DNA from: Candidatus Omnitrophota bacterium
Lineage (GTDB): Bacteria > Omnitrophota > Gorgyraeia > B26-G9
NCBI GenBank assembly: GCA_043826565.1
Contig: JBDRPX010000034.1
Coordinates: 1,096 to 65,095 of the forward strand
Direction of reading: 5' to 3'
Length of the DNA: 64,000 nucleotides
Both the position numbers and the translations under genes were made by a program. The notes beneath the pieces were generated by a model that saw only the letters and a list, made by a program, of their open reading frames with translations, made no database searches and was not told the origin of the DNA. Positions 1-9,744 of the stretch are shown one piece after another. The first letter of the stretch is position 1; every line of letters starts with the position of its first letter.

Positions 1-1155
1 GATCTCACCTAACAATTGGTCTGGGTTTATTATCCCATAATGCGCAGAAGGAAAATAATTATCTATAAACGCAAGCGCAAACTGCTGAATATCGGAAAAA
101 TTTTCATGGAAAGACTGCTCATTATCAAACATCATCGGCACATCCGCGTCCTTAACCGGCTGGTGATTGGCCCGGTGGAAATCATATTTTCTGATAAGTA
201 TCGCCAAAACCAGATTCCGGGTAAACGCCTTTCGAAAATCTTTGCGCATGACTTCTGCATCCTGCAGACGATAATCTCCGCTTATCCGCACTAAATGAAT
301 ATCCTGAGGTGTCGCTCCCACATATTTAGCCAAAGCCTGCGCCTGACGGCCTGCCGGCAGGATAATATCACAGACATTTGCCTGGATTTCTCGGCCGAAC
401 CGAAATGCAATATATTCACGAGTTGGATCATTTTTCTCCGGCCAGATAAAATCTCCTTCCTGTACTTTTTCCGGACGGTATTTAGTCCGGACAAAAAACA
501 ATGCCCCGTCCCTTTTCCTGATCACGATCCGGTCCTGATACTCTAATGTCTTGATTCCCAACTGATCTTTTAACCAGGAATAGTCATCGATACGTGCCGG
601 CGCATATTCGCACCATTCCGGAAGAGTTGACAATGCGGCAAGCTTCCCCGTTCCGGCAGCAATATCAGCCGCAGCCTGTTCTATAGTCGATAAAAATTTT
701 TCCAGAGAAAAAGGTTTATGTAAATAATAATGTCCCCCCATAGAAGCGACATCGGCATCTTTTAAATCATAACCGGAAACAATCAATATCCTTATTCCGG
801 GTGTAATCGAACGTAAAATATGGCCGCGGCCTTTAGCCGCTTCCGGATTGAGGATCGCCAGCTGCGGCGGATTATCCCGAAGATCCTGTTCGTCAAAAAC
901 AGAAAACAGTTCATACCCCTGATCTGCCAACTGCCCCTTAAAAAAGCTAAACATCATTTCCGCCGTATTGGAACGTTCTTCCCAATAAATTCGCTTCAGC
1001 CTTGCCGGCCGATATCCGGCAAAACTTTTCTGTATTGATTCAACATCAACACTAACCGCCGGCGATAAGCACCAGGCACAGTCAACAAACAATAATGTCT
1101 GAATGACAACAAAACATATGATCCGAATTGAGTTTTTTTGCTTTGCTTTATTCAT
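1..1155 (-). CDS. Secreted LSP-motif family protein (3'-partial): degenerate receiver domain + HipA/PI3K-like kinase motif
   Basis: Not in the ORF track. Hand translation from ATG 1155 is open to the window edge: MNKAKQKNSIRIICFVVIQTLLFVDCAWCLSPAVSVDVESIQKSF; then RILIVSGY...HYYLHKPFSLEKF (receiver-like) and KYDFHRAN...MMFDNE (kinase catalytic-like). Confidence 0.75.
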   Translation of the reverse strand, partial: MNKAKQKNSIRIICFVVIQTLLFVDCAWCLSPAVSVDVESIQKSFAGYRPARLKRIYWEERSNTAEMMFSFFKGQLADQGYELFSVFDEQDLRDNPPQLAILNPEAAKGRGHILRSITPGIRILIVSGYDLKDADVASMGGHYYLHKPFSLEKFLSTIEQAAADIAAGTGKLAALSTLPEWCEYAPARIDDYSWLKDQLGIKTLEYQDRIVIRKRDGALFFVRTKYRPEKVQEGDFIWPEKNDPTREYIAFRFGREIQANVCDIILPAGRQAQALAKYVGATPQDIHLVRISGDYRLQDAEVMRKDFRKAFTRNLVLAILIRKYDFHRANHQPVKDADVPMMFDNEQSFHENFSDIQQFALAFIDNYFPSAHYGIINPDQLLGEI

Positions 1156-1299
1156 TTATATTTAACCTAATCTCCTATATTTAAAATAGTGTTAAAGTAT
1201 ATCATGTTTATCTTTGCCTTGCAAGCAAACCGCTGCTTTTAAAATTTACACAACTAATTGTAAAAACTCAAGATGGAATATTTTTATAATTTTATATCC

Positions 1300-1328
1300 T
1301 TGACAGTGATTAGCTGCGAATTTATAAT
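1300..1328 (+). promoter_or_regulatory. Sigma70-type promoter for fhs
   Basis: TTGACA (1300-1305), 17-bp spacer, TATAAT (1323-1328). Confidence 0.8.
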
Positions 1329-1438
1329 GATTTTAACTGTTATAATAATTGACCCGCCACAAGACGCGGCGAGGTTTAATTCGTCTCGCCATTGTCCGCT
1401 TAAAGCGGCCGCTTGGCGGACTCATTAAAGGAGATATC

Positions 1439-3133
1439 ATGCAAAGTGACCTGGAAATTGCCCAATCAATACAATTAGCGCATATTACAAAAATCGCCGC
1501 GGATATCGGTATCCGTGAAGATGAGTTGGAGCTCTATGGACATTATAAAGCTAAAATCTCCTTAAGCCTTTTAGACCGGCTCAAAGACGAACCTAACGGT
1601 AAATATATTGATGTTACCGCGATCACTCCCACTCCCTGGGGAGAAGGAAAAACTCTCAATACGATCGGACTTTCTTTAGGCCTGAATAAAATCGGCAGAA
1701 GCGCGATTTGTTGTATCCGGCAACCTTCCTTAGGCCCGGTTTTCGGAGTCAAAGGCGGCGCTGCCGGCGGCGGGTATTCGCAGGTATTGCCCATGGAAGA
1801 TTTTAATTTACATTTAACCGGTGATGTCCATGCTATCGGAATGGCCCATAACTTATGCGCAGCTTTTTTAGATAATCACATTCAAAAAGGCAATGCTTTA
1901 AACATTGATCCGCAAAGTATTACCTGGCGCAGAGTAATTGATGTCAGCGATAGATTTTTGCGCAATGTTGTCATCGGTCTCGGCGGGCCGGAAAACGGAT
2001 TTTTGCGGCAAACCGGATTTGATATTACCGAAGCCAGCGAAGTAATGGCGGTATTAGCCTTAACCTCATCTTTAAAAGAACTGCGCGAAAAATTAGGAAA
2101 AATATTCTTAGGTACAACCTATGAAGGCAAACCCATCACTCCGGAAGACATAAAAGTTGCCGGAGCTATGGCCGTATTATTAAAAGACGCGATCAAGCCC
2201 AATCTTATTCAAACTACCGAACAAACCGCGTGTCTTGTCCACACCGGCCCATTCGGAAATATTGCTCACGGAAACAGTTCCATCCTTGCCGACAAGATGG
2301 CCTTAAAACTGGCTGATTACGTGGTTACTGAAAGCGGTTTCGGTGCAGATTGCGGCGCGGAAAAATTCATGGATATTAAATGCCGCTACAGCGGATTAAC
2401 TCCGGATTGTGTGGTTTTAGTGTGTTCGGTAAGAGCGCTAAAAATGCATAGCGGACATTACCATGTTGTTTCCGGCCGGCCTCCGGAGAAAGAACTCACT
2501 CAGGAAAACTTGCAAGCAGTTGAACTTGGATGCTGTAATCTGGAAAAACAAATTGCGAATATCCGGGCATTCGGAGTCCCGGTAGTCGTAACCATTAACC
2601 GCTTTTCTACTGATACCGACGCGGAAATTGAAATTATCAAACGAAAAGCCTGCGAATTCGGAGCCGAAGACGCGATCATCAGTATGGCTCATGCCCAAGG
2701 CGGAGAAGGAGCAAAAGAACTTGCCGAGGCAGTAGTAAAAGCAGCGGACAAACCAAGCGAGTTTAAATTTTTATACCCTCTGGATATTCCCATAGAGGAA
2801 AAAATCGAAATTATCGCCCGGGAAATGTACGGAGCAAAAGGAGTAAAATATCATCCGGCCGCGCAAAAGAAAATCAAACAATATACAGAACTGGGATTTG
2901 ATAAACTACCTATCTGCATGGCAAAAACACATCTCTCTCTTTCTCACGATCCAACACTAAAGGGCCGGCCGACAGATTTCATCCTGCCCATAGAAGACAT
3001 CCGGGCCTCCGTAGGCGCCGGTTTTATTTATCCGCTTTGCGGGAAAATGCGCACTATGCCGGGATTACCTTCTGTGCCGTGCGGAACTAATATGGATATT
3101 GATGAGAACGGCAAAGTCAGAGGAATGTTTTAA
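1439..3133 (+). CDS. fhs: Formate--tetrahydrofolate ligase
   Basis: TAITPTPWGEGKT, GVKGGAAGGGYSQV, HTGPFGNIAHG, VVTESGFGADCGAEKF and MPGLP motifs. Start moved to ATG 1439 after an AAGGAG RBS. Confidence 0.97.
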   Translation: MQSDLEIAQSIQLAHITKIAADIGIREDELELYGHYKAKISLSLLDRLKDEPNGKYIDVTAITPTPWGEGKTLNTIGLSLGLNKIGRSAICCIRQPSLGPVFGVKGGAAGGGYSQVLPMEDFNLHLTGDVHAIGMAHNLCAAFLDNHIQKGNALNIDPQSITWRRVIDVSDRFLRNVVIGLGGPENGFLRQTGFDITEASEVMAVLALTSSLKELREKLGKIFLGTTYEGKPITPEDIKVAGAMAVLLKDAIKPNLIQTTEQTACLVHTGPFGNIAHGNSSILADKMALKLADYVVTESGFGADCGAEKFMDIKCRYSGLTPDCVVLVCSVRALKMHSGHYHVVSGRPPEKELTQENLQAVELGCCNLEKQIANIRAFGVPVVVTINRFSTDTDAEIEIIKRKACEFGAEDAIISMAHAQGGEGAKELAEAVVKAADKPSEFKFLYPLDIPIEEKIEIIAREMYGAKGVKYHPAAQKKIKQYTELGFDKLPICMAKTHLSLSHDPTLKGRPTDFILPIEDIRASVGAGFIYPLCGKMRTMPGLPSVPCGTNMDIDENGKVRGMF

Positions 3134-3136
3134 TCT

Positions 3137-3214
3137 TGTCACAGGTCCCAGGTCACAAGAAAAAACTAAATTTTTTTATCAAACCTGCAACCTGAGACTT
3201 GTAACCTGCAACCT
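3137..3214. repeat. Heptamer-armed inverted repeat element (GTCACAG / ACCTGCA-type)
   Basis: gtcacag-gtcccag-gtcacaa, an AT-rich spacer, then acctgca-acctgag-acttgta-acctgca. Confidence 0.75.
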
Positions 3215-3220
3215 TAAATC

Positions 3221-5110
3221 ATGTTTAAGATTTTAAAATTATACCTTGAGCAAAATTTAAGCCCGGAAAAACTTTTCACAGAACTTGTCGAATTCGGGTA
3301 TGAACGAACCGGAAACATATCGCAAAAAGGTGAATTTGCCGGCCGCGGCGATATTATAGATATTTATCCGATCAATTATGAAAATCCCGTACGTATTGAA
3401 ACCGAGTTTGACAAAATCACAAAAATATTTTCTTTTTCAGCCATCAGCGGCAAAAAAGAACAAGGACAAAATCCGCTGATTATTCTGCCGCATAAGACAT
3501 TCTCTTCTGCTGTTACCGCCGGGCGATTATCCATAAACAAATTTGAAGAACTGGAGAAAGGCGATTTAGTTGTTCATGTTGATCACGGGATCGGTAAATA
3601 TTTAGGGATCACAGATCTTAAGGGTAAACCGCATATAAAAATTGAGTATGCGGAAAAGGATAAACTCTACGTACCCGTAAAACAAAAAAATCTTCTGCAA
3701 AAATATATCGGGTTTACCGGGAACTCTCCCCGTCTGCATAAACTCGGCGGAAAAATCTGGCAGAATACCAAAACAAAAACAAAACAGGGTGTTACCAGCT
3801 TTGCTTTAGACCTATTAAAAATACAGGCAAAACGTGCCGCTCTTTCCGGCTATGCTTTTCCTAAAGATACAGACTGGCAAAATGATTTTGAAAAAAAATT
3901 CCCTTATCAGGAAACTCCGGATCAGCTAACTGCCAGTGAAGATGTTAAGCAGGATATGGAGTCATCCAAACCCATGGACCGGCTGCTTTGCGGTGATGTC
4001 GGTTATGGAAAAACAGAAGTAGCTTTTCGGGCGGCCTTTAAAGCTCTCATGGATAATAAGCAGGTGGCCATGCTCGTGCCGACAACAATCCTCACGGAAC
4101 AGCACTATCATAATTTCACCGAACGCGTCCGGGACTTCCCGGTAAATGTACAAATGCTCAGCCGCTTTAAAAAAGCCTCCGAACAGGATGAGATCGTTAA
4201 AGATTTAAAAAAAGGAAAAGTTGACATCGTGATCGGCACACACCGCCTTTTGTCCGATGATATCCGGTTCAAAAATTTAGGCCTGATCATTATCGACGAA
4301 GAACAACGCTTCGGGGTAAAAGCAAAAGAAAAATTAAAACATTTAAGAGAACTGGTCGATGTCCTCACACTAACCGCGACACCTATCCCCCGCACTTTAT
4401 ACATGTCTCTTTTGGGGGTTAAAGATATGTCAACCATAAATACTCCTCCGGAAAAACGTCAGCCTATTGAAACGTTCGTGTGTGTATATGACGAAGAAGT
4501 GGTGCGGAATGCTTTGCAAACCGAAATCGAAAGAAAAGGGCAAGTCTATTTTATCCACAACCGGATAAAAGATATTCAGACAATTCATGAAAAAGTAAAA
4601 AATCTTGTTCCCCAAGCCCGCGTTGCCATCGGACACGGCCGCATGCATGAAAAAGACCTCGAGCAGGTAATGATCGACTTTATCGAACATAAAATCGACA
4701 TTTTAATATCAACAACCATAGTTGAATCCGGGCTCGACATTCCTAATGCCAACACATTAATTGTCAATAACGCGCATAATTTCGGCCTGGCCGATCTTTA
4801 TCAACTGAGGGGAAGAGTCGGCAGATTCGACAGAAAAGCCTATGCTTATTTTCTTACTCCCAAGCACGCAACCTTCAATCCGGAAGCAAAAAAGCGCCTT
4901 AAATCAATACAAAAATTTACCGCCTTAGGCTCAGGATTTAAAATTGCCATGGAAGACCTGGAAATCCGCGGTGCCGGTAACCTGCTCGGTGAAAAGCAGC
5001 ATGGCTATATAATATCCGTAGGTTTTGATTTCTATTGCCAGTTACTCTCCGGCGCCATTGATCAACTGAAAAAAGCAGAAATCAGAAGTCAGAAAACAGA
5101 TAACAGATAA
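3221..5110 (+). CDS. mfd: Transcription-repair coupling factor, compact form
   Basis: GEFAGRGDIIDIYP, VVHVDHGIGKY (RID), MDRLLCGDVGYGKTEVA, DEEQRFG, TATPIPRTL, QLRGRVGR, DLEIRGAGNLLG. Confidence 0.93.
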   Translation: MFKILKLYLEQNLSPEKLFTELVEFGYERTGNISQKGEFAGRGDIIDIYPINYENPVRIETEFDKITKIFSFSAISGKKEQGQNPLIILPHKTFSSAVTAGRLSINKFEELEKGDLVVHVDHGIGKYLGITDLKGKPHIKIEYAEKDKLYVPVKQKNLLQKYIGFTGNSPRLHKLGGKIWQNTKTKTKQGVTSFALDLLKIQAKRAALSGYAFPKDTDWQNDFEKKFPYQETPDQLTASEDVKQDMESSKPMDRLLCGDVGYGKTEVAFRAAFKALMDNKQVAMLVPTTILTEQHYHNFTERVRDFPVNVQMLSRFKKASEQDEIVKDLKKGKVDIVIGTHRLLSDDIRFKNLGLIIIDEEQRFGVKAKEKLKHLRELVDVLTLTATPIPRTLYMSLLGVKDMSTINTPPEKRQPIETFVCVYDEEVVRNALQTEIERKGQVYFIHNRIKDIQTIHEKVKNLVPQARVAIGHGRMHEKDLEQVMIDFIEHKIDILISTTIVESGLDIPNANTLIVNNAHNFGLADLYQLRGRVGRFDRKAYAYFLTPKHATFNPEAKKRLKSIQKFTALGSGFKIAMEDLEIRGAGNLLGEKQHGYIISVGFDFYCQLLSGAIDQLKKAEIRSQKTDNR

Positions 5111-5207
5111 AAAAGATAAAAAAGAACTTAAAAGAACTCAAAACACTATTGTTTTACGCCTGTTCCTGTGATATAATTATAATTCGTACAATCTTAGAGG
5201 ATAAAAC

Positions 5208-6182
5208 ATGTTTAAACAAACTCTCCTATTAATCATTATTTTAACAGTATTTTTCGGCCAAGATCATGTGCAGGCACAATTTACCGAAAAAATACTGGCG
5301 GTAGTCAACGGGGAAGCAATAACCCAAACCGATGTTGACGAAATCCTTGCGCCGATCTATCTCCAATATAAAAGTTCCTATCAGGGCCCGGCGCTTATAA
5401 AAAAAATGGAGACTGCTAAAACGGATATTTTAAATCAGCTTATTGAAGATAAACTTCTCCTGCAGCAAGCGCTAAAGCAGGAGCTTACGGTAGACGAAAA
5501 AGAGATCGACCAATTAGTTAAGAAACTTGAAAGCAATTTTCAAACCGCAGAAGAGTTTGAGAATATACTAAAAACCCAGGGAATCACCTTAAGCGATCTA
5601 AAAAAAAGATATAAAGAGCAGCTGCTGATTAAGAAAGTCGTCGGCAAAGAAATATTAAGCAAAATACTCATCTCTCCTAAAGAAATCTCTGCGTATTATG
5701 ATCTCCATAAGGAAGATTTCAAAGTCCCCGAACAAGTCAAACTAAGAAATATCTTTATTGAAACATCCAATGTCGCGGAAGAAAATTTGGAAATTGAGAA
5801 AAAAGTAAAAGATACATACGAGCAGTTAAAGAACGGCGTGGAATTTGTCGAGCTGGTAGAAAAATATTCCGAAGCACCTAATGTCGTTGATGCCGGAGAA
5901 ATGGGATTTATGAAACGCGGCAGTATGCGCGAAGAAATCGAAAACGCGGTTTTTGATTTAGAACCGGGTAATTTCACCTCTCCGATAAAAACCGCGTCCG
6001 GATATTATATCTTTAAAGTAGAAGGAAAAAAAGAAGCGCAGATCCAGCCGATGGAAAAGGTTCAGAATGAAATCCGCAATGCTATATTTCAAGAGAAGTC
6101 CAAACAGAAACTTAAAAAATGGATAGATGAATTAAAAGAATCAACCTTAATTGAGGTAAAAAAAGATGAAAAAAAACGCTAG
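5208..6182 (+). CDS. surA: SurA/PrsA-like peptidyl-prolyl isomerase chaperone
   Basis: Signal peptide, ILAVVNGEAIT N-domain, parvulin motif GEMGFM...SPIKTASGYYIFKV; upstream of pdxA-rsmA. Confidence 0.8.
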   Translation: MFKQTLLLIIILTVFFGQDHVQAQFTEKILAVVNGEAITQTDVDEILAPIYLQYKSSYQGPALIKKMETAKTDILNQLIEDKLLLQQALKQELTVDEKEIDQLVKKLESNFQTAEEFENILKTQGITLSDLKKRYKEQLLIKKVVGKEILSKILISPKEISAYYDLHKEDFKVPEQVKLRNIFIETSNVAEENLEIEKKVKDTYEQLKNGVEFVELVEKYSEAPNVVDAGEMGFMKRGSMREEIENAVFDLEPGNFTSPIKTASGYYIFKVEGKKEAQIQPMEKVQNEIRNAIFQEKSKQKLKKWIDELKESTLIEVKKDEKKR

Positions 6183-7218
6183 AATAGGAATAACCCTGGG
6201 AGATCCGGCCGGGATTGGAACAGAGATAACTTTAAAAGCATTAAAAGACAAAAAATTACGGGCATCCGCTAGTTTCGTGCTTATCGGAGACTATAGTAAT
6301 GTCGTACATACACAGCGTCAACTTGATATGTCGCTTAACTATCACATCCTTTCGGATATCGGACGCCTTAATCTAAGCGATGAGTTAATAAACTTCGTTA
6401 ATCTCGGCAATATCACATTTAATATCCCTTTTGGAAAAGTTGACGAACGTTGCGGCAAGGCAGCCTATGAATACATTAATATGGCTTGTCTTTTACTCCG
6501 CTCACATAATAACCTCGATGGTTTGGTTACCGCTCCCATTAACAAGGAAGCCATGAACCTGGCCGGATTTAAGTACCAGGGACATACCCAGCTTCTGGCG
6601 CAGCGTTTTAATGCCCGCTATGTAAGGATGATGTTCGCGGCTGAACAAATGCGTGTGGTTCTCGTTACCATACACATACCGCTTAAAAATGTCCCTGGAT
6701 TAATAACAAAAAGAGAAATACTGGACACTATTTTTGCCACACATAGAGCAATGAACATACATTTTAAAATCAAACGGCCTAAAATTGCGGTTTGCGCTTT
6801 AAACCCGCATGCTTCGGAAGACGGTTTATTCGGGACTGAAGAAAAAGAACATATTATTCCGGCAATAGCAAAAGCCCGGTCGCAAAAAATAAAAGTCGAA
6901 GGCCCGGTTCCCGCGGACATTGCTTTTTGGAAAGCAAAACAAGGCGAATATGACGCGGTTATTGCCATGTATCACGATCAGGCGTGTATTCCGTTTAAAA
7001 CTTTATATTTTGACAAAGGAGTTAATGCCACTCTCGGACTGCCTTTCGTACGCACCTCACCTGATCATGGAACTGCTTTTGATATCGCCGGTAAAGGAAA
7101 AGCCGACCCTACGGCAATGAAGGAAGCGATCAAGCTGGCCGTGGAAATGGCTTCAAATATGCCGCGCAAGCGCAAGAAAAAGAAAGTATATGTCCCAACC
7201 ATCAGCCGTTCTCGCTAA
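6166..7218 (+). CDS. pdxA: 4-hydroxythreonine-4-phosphate dehydrogenase
   Basis: ITLGDPAGIG, TAPINK, LNPHA, AMYHDQ, RTSPDHGTAFDIAGKG. Confidence 0.95.
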   Translation: MKKNARIGITLGDPAGIGTEITLKALKDKKLRASASFVLIGDYSNVVHTQRQLDMSLNYHILSDIGRLNLSDELINFVNLGNITFNIPFGKVDERCGKAAYEYINMACLLLRSHNNLDGLVTAPINKEAMNLAGFKYQGHTQLLAQRFNARYVRMMFAAEQMRVVLVTIHIPLKNVPGLITKREILDTIFATHRAMNIHFKIKRPKIAVCALNPHASEDGLFGTEEKEHIIPAIAKARSQKIKVEGPVPADIAFWKAKQGEYDAVIAMYHDQACIPFKTLYFDKGVNATLGLPFVRTSPDHGTAFDIAGKGKADPTAMKEAIKLAVEMASNMPRKRKKKKVYVPTISRSR

Positions 7219-8038
7219 ATATAAAGTTCGCCCTAAGAAAAGGCTTGGACAAAACTTTCTGGATGATGAAAATGCGCTTAATCAAATTGCCTCCGCCGCC
7301 GGAATATCTAAAGAAGATCATGTCTTGGAGATCGGCGCCGGTATTGGGAATTTAAGTATTCTTTTAGCCGAAAAAGCCGGTAAGTTCTATGCTTTGGAAA
7401 AAGATAATTCCTTAGAAAAAATACTCAAAAAAACACTCGTCAAATCAGATAACTCTAAAATTATCATATCGGATATTCTCCAATTCAACTTAGACAGTAT
7501 TTATAAAGACAAAAAGCTTATCGTTGTCGGAAATCTTCCTTATTATATAACCTCTCCGATACTGCTGCATTTAATAAAGCAAAAAACCTGCATAAAGACA
7601 ATCCTGATAACCGTGCAAAAAGAAGTCGCCAAACGGATTACCGCCTCTGCCGGGAATAAGGATTACGGAAGATTAAGCTGCCTTTTACAATTTTACGCCA
7701 AAGCAGAATTACTGGAAATATTTCCTAAAAGACTCTTTATCCCTCAGCCGAACGTGGATTCCGCTCTGGTAAAGCTTGATATTTTGGACAGCCCGTCCAT
7801 TGACGTAAAATCAGAAGAAATGTTTTTTAAGGTCGTAAAAGCTATATTCAGCCACCGCCGAAAAACACTGCTAAACAGCATGCTCGCCTCCGGCAGCCTG
7901 GGATTAAGCAAAGAAGTTTTGGGAAAAACTTTAGAACAGCACGGGATATCTCCGGCAATCCGCGGAGAACAACTAAGCCTTAAAGAGATCGGTAAACTAG
8001 CCGATGCTTTTGACTTAGTTATCAAAAAGATCAAATAG
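7190..8038 (+). CDS. rsmA: 16S rRNA m6,2A dimethyltransferase
   Basis: KRLGQNFL, VLEIGAGIG, GNLPYYIT, PQPNVDS, RRKTL. Confidence 0.95.
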   Translation: MSQPSAVLAKYKVRPKKRLGQNFLDDENALNQIASAAGISKEDHVLEIGAGIGNLSILLAEKAGKFYALEKDNSLEKILKKTLVKSDNSKIIISDILQFNLDSIYKDKKLIVVGNLPYYITSPILLHLIKQKTCIKTILITVQKEVAKRITASAGNKDYGRLSCLLQFYAKAELLEIFPKRLFIPQPNVDSALVKLDILDSPSIDVKSEEMFFKVVKAIFSHRRKTLLNSMLASGSLGLSKEVLGKTLEQHGISPAIRGEQLSLKEIGKLADAFDLVIKKIK

Positions 8039-9716
8039 AACTGCCGGTCATAATCTCATTCTGTAACCCGAAGAAAGGCACCAAATCCAACACAATACTG
8101 CTTTGCACCATATCTTCAGTAACTAAGCCGCTTTCTAAAACTATCTTGCGCAGATACCGGTCCCATCTTACCTGCAATTCCTCATCAATAAATTTAAAGC
8201 CGCTGCTCAGGTAAAATAGTATTGCTTTAGAACTAAGTCCGTCCGGATTTGCTATTTGCCAACTGGACATCCTGACTTTTTCTGCTCCTAGAACTGTCCG
8301 GACCATTTCCAAAAATGCGCGAAAAGCACTTTTACTTCGGCTGCCGTGATGACGGTATTCTTTAAAAACATGAAAAGTAAGCACTGCTGTTTTCGGCTCG
8401 TTAGATATCAAACCCAACTCTACACTTCCATAACCAATAACTTCATCATTATGCATAACCGCCAAATAGTATGCTTCCGGGTCATAAACTCCAGGATATC
8501 CCTCATCCTGCCCAAGTAATATTGTTTTAACATCGTCTTTACCCTCAGCGATATAAACATGATTAGCATCCACATCCAATGCTGAGTTAAGTATTGATCT
8601 GTTACGATCCTCTAAGGCAGTTGCCAGATCATCCGCTAATCTCCTTGCCGATAAATCCCCGGCTTTTTTCACAGTAACCTTAGAAATCATATTATTATCG
8701 ATATTGATCGATGCCCGCGATGCTAAATTCTCAATCAATGTTCCGGTAAACAGTGCCGCCTGATGCGGATTAATATGCAGGGGAACTCCTAAATAATGAC
8801 GGCTTAACTCTGAACTATTGATAAAAAAACACACCTCGCTGCGTTCACAAACCGATATTATCGGCGGCGCCATTTGCTGAAAACTGTCTTTAGCTTTGTA
8901 CTCATCCATTTCGGCAGCTGTCCCCACAATAATATCAATATCCAGATCGGTAACTCCTCCGTTAACCGGAGAACTCTCCAGCTCTCTGAGTCCCAATATT
9001 GTTTCCGGAATATTAACATGCTTCGTTTTCGCATTATCCGGCGGTCCTAAGCGGTTTATTTTAACCAAATGGCTCGCCATCCCTGTAGTGACCAAATATC
9101 CCAGATAATCTGCCGGGCTCAATTTTGAAATACCGAATTCAATTTCTTTCTGCCAATCACAATTTTGTTTACGGTGAAGCGGTTTGTTCTGATGCGGCCC
9201 GAAATCTCCGTGCGCGTCAAGATGACGCCACTCTACCCCGCCGCGATCAATAATCTCCTGGGCTTTTTCCCGATAATGTTCAAAGAAAAAAGAATATGAC
9301 ATATTATGCTGGCCGCCCCAATAGATCTTTTTATTATTCGCAAGCGTTATCACAACATAATACTCTCCGCCGACTTTATATTTCGTGCCGTTCAAATAAA
9401 CTTCCAGCACCGGATAAATAACTGCCTGTCCCGGTTTTTCAAAATCAAACTGTTTCTGTTCGATAACCGCGTCAGAAAAAATAAATTCCTTATCAATCTT
9501 AATAACAAAATCCTCTTCAACCAAAGGTCTGGGAATAGAATCACTGTTGTATTTAGGGAGAAGATCATCTAAGGCATTGAAAAAACTTTTCTTAAGCAAA
9601 ACCTGCTCAATATTTATTGAAGGAGATAATTTATCTGTAGAAACAGGTCCGGCAAATAAATTTGCCGGTATCGATAGAACTAATATTATGAGGATTATTT
9701 TTTTTAATAATTTCAT
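8031..9716 (-). CDS. Secreted LSP/EQAI-family protein: arginase/UPF0489-like metal-binding domain + GNAT domain
   Basis: Likely start ATG 9716 (MKLLKKIILII), KLSPSINI leader; HLDAHGD and DLDID motifs; VFKEYRHHG...AILFYLSSGF (GNAT); ends GSSI. Confidence 0.7.
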   Translation of the reverse strand: MKLLKKIILIILVLSIPANLFAGPVSTDKLSPSINIEQVLLKKSFFNALDDLLPKYNSDSIPRPLVEEDFVIKIDKEFIFSDAVIEQKQFDFEKPGQAVIYPVLEVYLNGTKYKVGGEYYVVITLANNKKIYWGGQHNMSYSFFFEHYREKAQEIIDRGGVEWRHLDAHGDFGPHQNKPLHRKQNCDWQKEIEFGISKLSPADYLGYLVTTGMASHLVKINRLGPPDNAKTKHVNIPETILGLRELESSPVNGGVTDLDIDIIVGTAAEMDEYKAKDSFQQMAPPIISVCERSEVCFFINSSELSRHYLGVPLHINPHQAALFTGTLIENLASRASINIDNNMISKVTVKKAGDLSARRLADDLATALEDRNRSILNSALDVDANHVYIAEGKDDVKTILLGQDEGYPGVYDPEAYYLAVMHNDEVIGYGSVELGLISNEPKTAVLTFHVFKEYRHHGSRSKSAFRAFLEMVRTVLGAEKVRMSSWQIANPDGLSSKAILFYLSSGFKFIDEELQVRWDRYLRKIVLESGLVTEDMVQSSIVLDLVPFFGLQNEIMTGSSI

Positions 9717-9744
9717 ATTATTTAATAGCAAATTACAATCAACA

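Noticed and set aside
16-1038. Short ORF-track calls at 16-294, 291-494, 295-546 and 820-1038
   Set aside because: They are shadows of the long minus-strand ORF 1155->1.
1349-1438. N-terminal extension of Fhs from TTG 1349
   Set aside because: The RBS and family homology begin at ATG 1439; the extension is the structured leader.
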